Assembly (NCBI GenBank): GCA_964291475.2
Contig: OZ220075.1
Coordinates: forward strand, 118,312-182,311
Source of the DNA: Dehalococcoidia bacterium
GTDB taxonomy: Bacteria; Chloroflexota; Dehalococcoidia; SHYB01
Reading direction: 5' to 3'
DNA length: 64,000 nucleotides
Shown: in pieces, positions 25,938 through 36,459 of the stretch
Layout of the letters: each line of letters opens with the position of its first letter
How positions within the stretch are numbered: the first letter of the stretch is position 1
Translations under genes and position numbers: made by a program
Notes under the pieces: model-generated
The model's input: only the letters and a program-made list of their open reading frames with translations
Told to the model about the DNA's origin: nothing
Databases searched by the model: none

Positions 25938-27749
25938 CTATTCTTGGAGCCAGACGTGGTCCCAGCGCTGATAGCTCCAGTGCCCAACCGGCGGCGTGAA
26001 GCCCTTCACCTCGCCTTGGACCGGCCAGAACTGGCCTCTCCAGGTGAGCGGGATTCCCGGCACCACTTCGATCATCCGTTGTTGGAGCTGCATTACCAGG
26101 TCACGGCGCTTGGCCGGGTCGGTCTCGGCGCTCTGTTGGCGGTAGAGGTCCTGCATCATCTCGTCGTCGAGAAGGTTCTTGCCGCCGACCAAGACACAAC
26201 TGGAGCCATCCGGGTCGGGGAAGGCAACGTTGCAGCCATCGGGGCTGACCTCGAAGTCGCCGTCGGTCCTGCGGGCCGTCGCGTCGGCGGCCGGAAGCAC
26301 GAGCAACTCCGAGCTGATCCCGATGCGTTGGAGTTGGTCCTTGACAAACTCTCCTTCGGCGACGATGTACTCCACGCTGGTGGTGAGGAGCTCGGTCTCA
26401 AACCCGTCAGGGTAGCCCGCCTCCGCCAACAGCCGCCTAGCCTCCGCGCGGTCTTGCTCCAGTTCATCGCCTGACCGATAGCCAGGAATCTTGGCAAGCT
26501 CTTCGTCAGACAGACCCCACCCCGGCGGGCCCACCAGCGGCCCCGCCACTCTGGTGGAGCCTGGCAGGACCTTCAGTGCGGCCGACCGGTCCATGGCCAA
26601 GAACGCGGCCCGCCGGACCCGCACGTCGTCCCACGGGCTTACGTTGGTGTTGATGACCACGAGGTTAATGGCCAAGGGGTCATGCGGCCAGGGGACCAGG
26701 TCCACTACGGTGCTCCGCAGATCGTCGATATCGCTCTGGTTGACGACGTAGGTGGCGGCGGCGCCGAGCATGTCGAGCCTGCCCGCCTTGAAACCCGCCA
26801 AGCGTGTGTTGAAGTCCCTGATGAAGATGAACTTCACCGCGTCGAGGTAAGGCAGACCCTCCTTGAAGTAGCTATCGTTGCGCAGGAACTCCACGGAGAC
26901 CCCTTTGTTGTAGTCTCCCTCGGTGAATGGACCGGTGCCGACCGACGGGCCGCTGTCCAAGTTCCCGCCTGCGGCCTCGCGGACGTGCTTGGCGTAGATC
27001 GGGTTCATGAGGATGCCCAAAGCAGCGAGGAACGACGCGCGCGGCTGCTCAAGGGTCACTGCCAGCGTCCTATCATCAGGGACACTCATGGACACGATGT
27101 CTTTGAGATGGGGCGCGACCCGTCCCGTCTGGTTCTCGAGGGAGTACATGGCGTCGCCGGCGGTGAAGGGTTGGCCGTCGTGCCACGACACGTCATCCCG
27201 GAAGTGGAACGTGAAGGTCGCCCCGTCCGCCTCCCACCGCTCGGCCAAGTCGGGGATGAGGTCGCCCATGGGCGGTTCCCAGTTGAAGGTGATGATGTTG
27301 TTATAGACGTGGGGAGCCCAGACGCCCAGGAAGGTGATGGACCTCGCCGTTGCCGGGTCCACCCTGCCGGGATCGCCGAGTGAGGGGAGGACCAACGTGC
27401 CGCCTCGCCTGGCGTCCGGCGTCGGTATTGGCGTCGCCGTTGGCTGGGGCGTTGGTGTCGGCTGCGCCGTTGGTTCCGTCACCGATATCGGGGTTGCCGT
27501 AGGCTGTGGCGTCGGTTGCTCAACCGATATTGGGGTCGCCGTGGGCTGCGGCGTCGGCTGTGCTACCGATATCGGGGTCGCTGTCGGCTGCGGTGTCGGC
27601 TGCTCTACCGATATCGGGGTCGCCGTCGGCTGCGGCGTCGCTGTCGGGACGGGTGTCGGTGTAGCGGCATCTCCCCCGCAGGCCGCCACGATCAGCGTGA
27701 GGACCGCGGCCACCGCAACGACAGTGAACAACTGCGTTCTTCGTAGCAT
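25938..27749 (-). CDS. ABC transporter substrate-binding lipoprotein, family 5, with tandem-repeat Pro/Thr stalk
   Basis: Start set at ATG 27749 (MLRRTQLFTVVAVAAVLTLIVAAC-GG, lipobox). The globular part (RRGGTLVLPS..., WHDGQPFTAGD, FKEGLPYLD) is typical of SBP family 5. Confidence 0.85.
   Translation of the reverse strand: MLRRTQLFTVVAVAAVLTLIVAACGGDAATPTPVPTATPQPTATPISVEQPTPQPTATPISVAQPTPQPTATPISVEQPTPQPTATPISVTEPTAQPTPTPQPTATPIPTPDARRGGTLVLPSLGDPGRVDPATARSITFLGVWAPHVYNNIITFNWEPPMGDLIPDLAERWEADGATFTFHFRDDVSWHDGQPFTAGDAMYSLENQTGRVAPHLKDIVSMSVPDDRTLAVTLEQPRASFLAALGILMNPIYAKHVREAAGGNLDSGPSVGTGPFTEGDYNKGVSVEFLRNDSYFKEGLPYLDAVKFIFIRDFNTRLAGFKAGRLDMLGAAATYVVNQSDIDDLRSTVVDLVPWPHDPLAINLVVINTNVSPWDDVRVRRAAFLAMDRSAALKVLPGSTRVAGPLVGPPGWGLSDEELAKIPGYRSGDELEQDRAEARRLLAEAGYPDGFETELLTTSVEYIVAEGEFVKDQLQRIGISSELLVLPAADATARRTDGDFEVSPDGCNVAFPDPDGSSCVLVGGKNLLDDEMMQDLYRQQSAETDPAKRRDLVMQLQQRMIEVVPGIPLTWRGQFWPVQGEVKGFTPPVGHWSYQRWDHVWLQE
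27465..27632 (-). repeat. in-frame 42-nt tandem repeat (4 copies) encoding QPTATPISV(E/A/T)(Q/E)PT(P/A)
   Basis: Read directly from the sequence: ccgatatcggggt[ct]gcc... units recur every 42 nt. They lie within the longer Pro/Thr linker at 27417..27671. Confidence 0.9.
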
Positions 27750-27991
27750 GGGATGCACCTTCCTCAAGTTGGTTTCCTGAGTGGGTCTTCGCCGACTGCC
27801 ATCGGCCCGCCGTACCGCCCGCGCTTCAAATGTCGTACCCGGCAGTGGCGCCTTGCCGCGGCACGGTATCACGGCGCCAAAAGGGGAGCAACATTGCGCA
27901 ATCCGTCACAAGCGGATGTTTCTGTGCACGCCCACCACCGCGGGCCAACGGCCAAGCCCGCCGCGGTCAGAAACAGCGCGGGGAGAAAGCA

Positions 27992-28068
27992 TGGTAGCGC
28001 ATGCGGGATTCGAACCCGCGACCTCCGCCTTGAGAGGGCGGCGTCCTGGGCCGCTAGACCAATGCGCC
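27992..28068 (-). tRNA. tRNA-Glu (anticodon CUC), CCA encoded
   Basis: The reverse complement GGCGCATTGGTCTAGCGGCCCAGGACGCCGCCCTCTCAAGGCGGAGGTCGCGGGTTCGAATCCCGCATGCGCTACCA folds as a cloverleaf: 7-bp acceptor, GTCTAG..AGGAC D-arm, CCGCC/GGCGG anticodon stem with loop CTCTCAA, and a GTTCGAATC T-loop. Confidence 0.95.
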
Positions 28069-28073
28069 ACAGT

Positions 28074-28147
28074 TGGCTGGGGATCCTGGATTCGAACCAG
28101 GGCCTACAGATCCAGAGTCTGCTGTCCTACCACTAGACGAATCCCCA
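28074..28147 (-). tRNA. tRNA-Gln (anticodon CUG), CCA encoded
   Basis: The reverse complement TGGGGATTCGTCTAGTGGTAGGACAGCAGACTCTGGATCTGTAGGCCCTGGTTCGAATCCAGGATCCCCAGCCA has a U1-A72 acceptor, anticodon loop CTCTGGA and a GTTCGAATC T-loop. Its 3' end CCCCAGCCA resembles known tRNA-Gln. Confidence 0.95.
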
Positions 28148-28157
28148 ACCTAAGCCA

Positions 28158-28187
28158 ATTTTATGCCACCCCGCCACGTTATAGCAA
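28158..28187 (-). promoter_or_regulatory. candidate promoter for the tRNA-Gln/tRNA-Glu pair
   Basis: On the (-) strand, TTGCTA-N18-TAAAAT ends about 10 nt upstream of the tRNA-Gln 5' end. Hexamer matches only, no experimental support. Confidence 0.3.
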
Positions 28188-28307
28188 GTCGGCAACCCTG
28201 ACCGCCCCCCTTGCTGACTATCACGATGCGTCGCGAGGAGGACGCCAGGATCGCTCGCGGCTAAGCAGCGTCCGAGGCCATTCTAGACGAGGCCCGGGAG
28301 ACCGGGA

Positions 28308-28951
28308 CTACGGACCGAGCACGCGCCCCAAGGCCTTGCGGCCCCATTCCAGTCCCTGCCCGGGAAGCTCCGCCGTCGGGCGCTCCTTCAGCGCAAACCG
28401 CACCGTCGCCTCCATCGTGTCGTCGGGGCGCAGGTCGTACCACACGTCGAAGGCGTCGCCCTCGGGCGTCTTGATCGCCACGTGCGCGCCCCGGTACTCG
28501 ACCGCAAGGCCGCTGTTGATGCTCGCGCTGTAGGGAAAGAGCCGCAGCAGCCGGCCCGACGACGCCGGCCCCAAGTCGAAGCGCAGCGTGAACGCGGCCT
28601 CGATCCGGCCGTCCAGCGATTCGAGCGCGCCGAACAGGTGCGAGAGCGTGAAGTCCGTCTGGTGAAGCTCGGTCTGGTCGTCGAGCTCGCTCTCCACCAG
28701 GTACTCGATGGCGACTTCGCTCTCGCCGTCGGCCACGATCTGCACCTCGCCCCAGCTGTGGACCTTCTGCGTCTCGCGACGGTAGTCCTCGTGGAAGAAG
28801 ATGCGGTCTTCGACGTCTTCCGCCTCCCGCGCTCCGAGTGCCGCCAACTCCTGGCGCACCGGCTCGGGCAGCGAGATGAAGAAGTGCATCTCCAGGCTCG
28901 CGCACTGCGCGCCGACCAGGTCAAGCCGCAGGGGCGACGAAGGTTGCATGC

Positions 28952-28955
<4 letters not shown>
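28308..28955 (-). CDS. hypothetical acidic protein (no family recognised)
   Basis: The ORF is in frame from ATG 28955, which overlaps the secA stop (ATGA, 28952-28955). It has non-repetitive, coding-like composition and I recognise no motifs. Confidence 0.5.
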
Positions 28956-31564
<2,609 letters not shown>

Positions 31565-31641
31565 TAGAAGTACAGCCTTGGATTCGGGCGCCGGACTAGC
31601 GGCCTGCGCGCACCTCGCGCGGCGGAGCGCCCTTCTGTTCC

Positions 31642-31647
31642 ATTATA
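31642..31647 (-). promoter_or_regulatory. candidate -10 box (TATAAT) upstream of secA
   Basis: A perfect TATAAT on the (-) strand in a locally A/T-rich patch about 75 nt upstream of the secA start. No convincing -35. Confidence 0.3.
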
Positions 31648-31711
31648 CGCATACGGCAGCGGCATTGGACGCCTCGGCTGACGCCTCCTGAAGGGGAGGA
31701 GAACTGCGCTG

Positions 31712-32668
31712 TTACTCGAACAGCGCGCCCACGGACTCGCCGCGGTGGATACGGGCGATCGCCTCGCCGAACAACGGCGCAACGGACAGCATCTTCACCT
31801 TGCCGTTGCGCTTCTCCGGCGGCACCGGTGCCGTATCGGTGAGGGCGATCTCCGTGATCGGGGCTTCGAGGATACGCTCCGGAGCGGGGCCGGAGAGGAT
31901 GCCGTGCGTGGCGCAGGAGTAGATTTCTCTCGCCCCGGCATCCTGAAGAGTCTTCGCGGCGGAGAGCAGCGACCCCGCCGTGTCGATCTCGTCGTCGAAG
32001 GTGAGCGCCGTCTTCCCCTTCACGTCGCCGATCACGTTCATGCTCTCGGGTTTCCCGAGCACGCGGCGCTTCTCGATAATCGCGAGGGGAACGTTCATGC
32101 GCTCGGCGAGGTCGCGGGCCCGCTTCGATATGCCCACGTCGGTGGCGACCACCACGAGGTCGTCGAGCTTCTTCTGCTCGAAGTGCCGGCGCAGAATGTT
32201 CAACGCGGTCAGCTCATCGACCGGCACGCTGAAGAAGCCCTGGATCTGGCCGGCGTGGAGGTCCATCGTGATGACGCGGTCGGCGCCCGCCGTCGAGATC
32301 AGGTCCGCCAGCAGTCGTGCCGTGATCGGCACCCGCGGCTGGTCCTTCTTGTCGGTGCGGCCGTAGGCGTAGTACGGCAGTACCGCCGTGATCCGGCCCG
32401 CCGAAGCGCGCTTCGCCGCGTCGATCATGATCAGCAGTTCCATGATGCTGCGGTTGACCGGCGACACCAGCGACTGGACGATGAACACGTCCCGCTGGCG
32501 GATGTTCTCCTGGTACTGGACGAAGATGTTCTCGTTGCTGAACTCGAACAGGTCGCTCTTGCCCAGGGGAGTCTCCAGGTAGTCGCAAATGCTCTGGGCC
32601 AACTGCGGGTTGGCCCTCCCCGAAAAGACGCGCGGACCCCCGATGAACGCCTGATAGTTGTGATTCAC
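31712..32668 (-). CDS. prs: ribose-phosphate pyrophosphokinase
   Basis: 318-aa ORF with a GTG start. It has VFIVQS, DAAKRASAGRITAVLPYYAYGRTDKK, DLHAGQIQGFF and DDEIDTAGSL (PRPP-binding loop). Confidence 0.95.
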   Translation of the reverse strand: MNHNYQAFIGGPRVFSGRANPQLAQSICDYLETPLGKSDLFEFSNENIFVQYQENIRQRDVFIVQSLVSPVNRSIMELLIMIDAAKRASAGRITAVLPYYAYGRTDKKDQPRVPITARLLADLISTAGADRVITMDLHAGQIQGFFSVPVDELTALNILRRHFEQKKLDDLVVVATDVGISKRARDLAERMNVPLAIIEKRRVLGKPESMNVIGDVKGKTALTFDDEIDTAGSLLSAAKTLQDAGAREIYSCATHGILSGPAPERILEAPITEIALTDTAPVPPEKRNGKVKMLSVAPLFGEAIARIHRGESVGALFE

Positions 32669-32769
32669 GGAATGGTACCCTCGCGTGCTTTGGGTTTGGT
32701 TCCGTTAGGCCCGCGCTACCCGTTCCCGCTTCAGTTGGAAGCATGCCAGCAGGCTCTCGGCGGGGCCTG

Positions 32770-32775
32770 ATTATA
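32770..32775 (-). promoter_or_regulatory. candidate -10 box (TATAAT) upstream of prs
   Basis: A perfect TATAAT on the (-) strand about 100 nt upstream of the prs GTG. The -35 is weak. Confidence 0.3.
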
Positions 32776-32820
32776 ACGTAACCGCCCGCGTTAAACCACG
32801 CCCACGGCCGCCATTCTCCG

Positions 32821-32883
32821 CTATCCAAGAACCTCCAAAAGATATCCAAAGACCTCCAAAGATATCCAAGGACCTCCAAGATA
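32821..32883. repeat. three-and-a-bit direct repeats of about 20 nt (GATATCCAARGACCTCCAAA) in the prs-valS divergent intergenic region
   Basis: Read directly: ctatccaagaacctccaaaa / gatatccaaagacctccaaa / gatatccaaggacctccaa / gata. Confidence 0.9.
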
Positions 32884-32918
32884 GCTGAGTGGCGCTATGC
32901 AGGCGCGTCCCGACGCCT

Positions 32919-32927
32919 TGCTACAAT
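32919..32927 (+). promoter_or_regulatory. candidate extended -10 promoter (TGcTACAAT) for valS
   Basis: A TGnTAnAAT match 21 nt upstream of the valS ATG. This implies a very short leader. Confidence 0.3.
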
Positions 32928-32947
32928 GGAACGCGGCGAGTAGACGC

Positions 32948-35636
32948 ATGACCACGACTCCGCAGCCCATCCCCAAGACCTACGACCCCCACGCCGTCGA
33001 GGAACGCCTCTACCGCTTCTGGGAGGAGTCCGGCCTCTTCCACGCCGAGGCCGACCCCTCGAAAGAGCCGTTCACCATCATCCTGCCGCCGCCCAACGTG
33101 ACCGGCGTCCTCCACATCGGCCACGCGCTTACGGCGGCCGTCGAGGACGCCCTCATCCGCCGGCGCAGGATGCAGGGCTACTCCGCCCTCTGGCTGCCGG
33201 GAACGGACCACGCCGCGACGGCCACCCAGGTCGTCGTCGAGCGCGAGATCGCCAAGGAGGGCCTTACCAAGGAAGGCCTCGGCCGCGAGCGTTTCCTTGA
33301 GAAGGTCTGGGAGTGGGTCGAGCTCTCGAAGAACCGGATCACCCAACAGCACAAGGCACTCGGCGTCTCCTTCGATTGGTCCCGCGAGTGCTTCACCATG
33401 GACCCCGGCCCCAGCCGCGCCGTCCGCGCCACCTTCGTCAACCTCTATAACAAGGGCCTCATCTATCGCGGCGAGAGCCTCGTCAACTGGTCGCCGGGAC
33501 TGCTGAGCGCCATCTCCGACCTCGAAGTCGAGCACCGCGAGGTCGAAGGGCATCTCTGGCGCATGCGCTACCCCCTCGAGGACGGCTCGGGGCACGTGAC
33601 GATCGCCACGACGCGCCCCGAGACCTATCTCGGCGACACCGCCGTCGCCGTGCACCCCGACGACGCCCGCTTCACCGGGCTGATCGGCAAGAACGTCGTG
33701 CTTCCCATCATCGACCGGCCCATTCCCATCGTCGCCGACGAGGCCGTCGAGTCCGAGTTCGGCGCCGGCGCCCTCAAGGTCACGCCCGCCCACGACCCCA
33801 CCGACTTCGAGATCGGCGCGCGCCACGGTCTCCCCTCTGATCAACATCATGAACCCCGACGGGACGATCAACGAGCACGGCGGCCCCTTCGCGGGCCAAG
33901 ACCGCTTCGAGGCCCGCGACAACATCGTCGCCGAGTTCGAGCGCCTCGGCCTGCTCGACGGCATCGAGCCCCACACCCACTCCATCGGCCACTGCCAGCG
34001 CAGCGGCGCCGTCGTCGAGCCGCTCATCAGCAAGCAGTGGTTCGTGAAGGTCGGCTCGCACGACGACCCCGATTCCATCGCGGGCCGCGCCTACCGCGCC
34101 GTCGTCGACGGCGACATCCAGATCGTCCCCGAGCGCTTCACCAAGGTCTACACCAACTGGATGGAGAACATCCGCGATTGGACCATCAGCCGCCAGCTCT
34201 GGTTCGGCCACCGCATCCCCGTCTGGCATTGCGGCGCCTGCGACGGCATGACGGTGGGGATGGACGACCCCACGGCCTGCTCCACCTGCGGCAGCGCCGA
34301 AATCGAGCAGGACCCCGACGTCCTCGACACCTGGTTCAGCTCCGGCCTCTGGCCGCACTCGACGCTGGGATGGCCCGACGACACCGACGACTTCCGCCAC
34401 TTCTACCCCACCAGCGTCCTCGAGACGGGCTATGACATCCTCTTCTTCTGGGTCGCCCGCATGATCATGCTGGGCATCGAAAACACGGGCGACGTCCCCT
34501 TCCGCACCGTCTACCTCCACGGCATCATCCGCGACGCCTCCGGCGAGAAGATGAGCAAGATGAAGGGGAACATCGTCGACCCGCTGGACACGATCCAGGA
34601 ATACGGCGCCGACGCCCTGCGTTTCGCCCTGACCACCGGCTCGTCGCCCGGCAACGACTCCCGCCTGACGCAGCAAAAGCTCGAATCGAGCCGCAACTTC
34701 GCCAACAAGATGTGGAACGCGTCGCGGTTCCTTCTCGGCGCCGTCGACGCCGCCGGCGGCGTTGACCCTGCCATCCCGGCCGACCTGCCGCCCGAGGACC
34801 GCTGGGTCCTGAGCCGCCTCCAGCGGACGGTCGAGAACGTCGGGCGCATGATGGACGACTTCCAGATCGGCGAGGCCCAGCGCGAAATCCACGAGTTCCT
34901 CTGGAGCGAGTACGCCGACTGGTACATCGAGCTCGCCAAGATCCGCCTGCGCCGGGAAGACGACACGGTCGTCTCGCCACTGCCCGTCCTTGTCCACGTC
35001 CTCGAAACGACGATGCGTCTCCTCCACCCATTCATGCCCTTCGTCACCGAGGAAATCTGGCAGAACGTCGTCCGCCGGCTCCCCGACGATCCCGCGCGTC
35101 CGCCCTCGATCGTCACCGCCGCCTATCCCCAACCCGATCCCACCCTCATCGACGAGGCCGCGGAAGCCGAAATCGGCCTCGTCATACAGGTCGTCCAAGC
35201 GGTCCGCAACGCGCGTGCCGAGCTCAAGGCCGACCCCCGACGCGGCGTCGAGGCCATCGTCGACGCACCCAGCCAGCACGACGTCGTCGAGCGCAACCGA
35301 ACCGCCATCGAGCTACTAGCGGGTGCCGAACCGCTCCGGGTCTACGGGGACGGTGAACAGGTCCCCGCGGCCGACCAGGCGCGCGTCGCCGTGCTCGGCG
35401 AAACCCGCGTCATCGTGCCCATGGCAGGTTTCGTCGACCTCGACGCGGAGCGCGAGCGGCTAGGCAAGGAGCGCACCGACCTAGCGAAGCTCATCGCCAA
35501 CCTCGAAAAGCGCCTCGCCAACGAGAACTTCACCTCGAAGGCCCCCGCCGCCGTCGTCGAGAAGGAGCGCGGCCGCCTCACCGAATACGAGACCCGCGTC
35601 GCCGGCCTCGACGAACGCCTCCGCGAGCTAGGTTAG
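32948..35636 (+). pseudogene. valS: valine--tRNA ligase, reading frame interrupted by a +1 insertion near 33836 (probably an assembly artefact)
   Basis: ATG 32948 (MTTTPQPIPKTYDPHAVEERLYRFWE), with PPNVTGVLHIGHA (HIGH) and GEKMSKMKGN (KMSKS). Frame 1 reads ...FEIGARHGLP then nonsense. Frame 2 continues LINIMNPDGTINE... at 33837 onward. Removing T33836 restores GLPLINIMNPDG. Confidence 0.9.
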
Positions 35637-35818
35637 CGACACCCGCCGGTATCACGCCGCAGGACGTATTGTTATAGTGGGTCAAGAAACAGCGCCGTGT
35701 AGGATCTGATCATGAGGAAACCCAAGAACGACAAGCAAGGGACCGGGAATCCCGTCCGCAAGCCAACTCCGCCGCCCCCGCCGACCGGTCGGGACCCCGG
35801 TGTGGTCATCAAGGGAGC

Positions 35819-36358
35819 CTAGTCAAGGGCTCCGGCCTCACCCAGACCCCAGACGAGGATGAACGCGGCCTCCAGGATGAAGGCAAGGGTCATGGCAGCA
35901 ACGGCTTTGCTCTTCCAATTGACAAGATTGCTATTCCACTCGAAGTGCCGGCCTGCCCAGTAAACGGCACTCCTCCTGAACTCCCAGTCGTCACGCTCCA
36001 ACCACTCATCGTAGATCCGGTGCACCCCCAAGAGCTTTAGCCCGCCGTAGGCGCGTGCGACCGCTCCGATCAACAGATTCACCAAGGCCAGCGCAACCGC
36101 GGCGACGAACCAGCCGGACCTCAAACTGGCCTCTTCCGCAAGCAAGGCAACGAGAACGGGTCCCGTCACCGTGAAGCTCGCGGAGAACATCATCAACGTC
36201 TGAATGCGGCTCTCGACGGCGTTCAGGCGGTGCATCATCCAGTCGTAAGACAGTCGAACGAAGTCGTACGCTAGGATTACGCCCGGCCATCGTTCCTCCG
36301 GGCTGAAGTCGCCGTTCGGCACGCACACGCTCCAAGAGTGGCTTGCGGCCCGGAGCAT
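35819..36358 (-). CDS. hypothetical membrane protein (about 3 TM segments)
   Basis: ORF in a visibly A/T-richer patch. Hydrophobic spans are LMMFSASFTVTGPVLVALLA, WFVAAVALALVNLLIGAVA and AVAAMTLAFILEAAFILVWGL. The start is uncertain (ATG 36358 chosen; alternatives 36406 and about 36240). Confidence 0.45.
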   Translation of the reverse strand: MLRAASHSWSVCVPNGDFSPEERWPGVILAYDFVRLSYDWMMHRLNAVESRIQTLMMFSASFTVTGPVLVALLAEEASLRSGWFVAAVALALVNLLIGAVARAYGGLKLLGVHRIYDEWLERDDWEFRRSAVYWAGRHFEWNSNLVNWKSKAVAAMTLAFILEAAFILVWGLGEAGALD

Positions 36359-36459
36359 GACCGGCAACCATCGACTCGGGCAAGGCGCAGTTGTCACGAG
36401 CCCCACGGCCCCCAGGCACCCGTGCGCACCCTATCCGGCGGGGCTACAATCACCCGCGC

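Noticed and set aside
32669-32685. T-box riboswitch core (ggaAUGGUACCcuCGCG resembles GGUGGUACCGCG) for valS.
   Set aside because: It lies directly next to the prs start codon, about 260 nt upstream of valS, not at the 3' end of a valS leader. I could not trace a specifier loop or an antiterminator/terminator pair.
35712-35822. 36-codon ORF (MRKPKNDKQGTGNPVRKPTPPPPPTGRDPGVVIKGA) whose stop overlaps the convergent membrane-protein stop.
   Set aside because: It is too short and low-complexity, with only a weak SD-like sequence. There is no way to support coding from the sequence alone.
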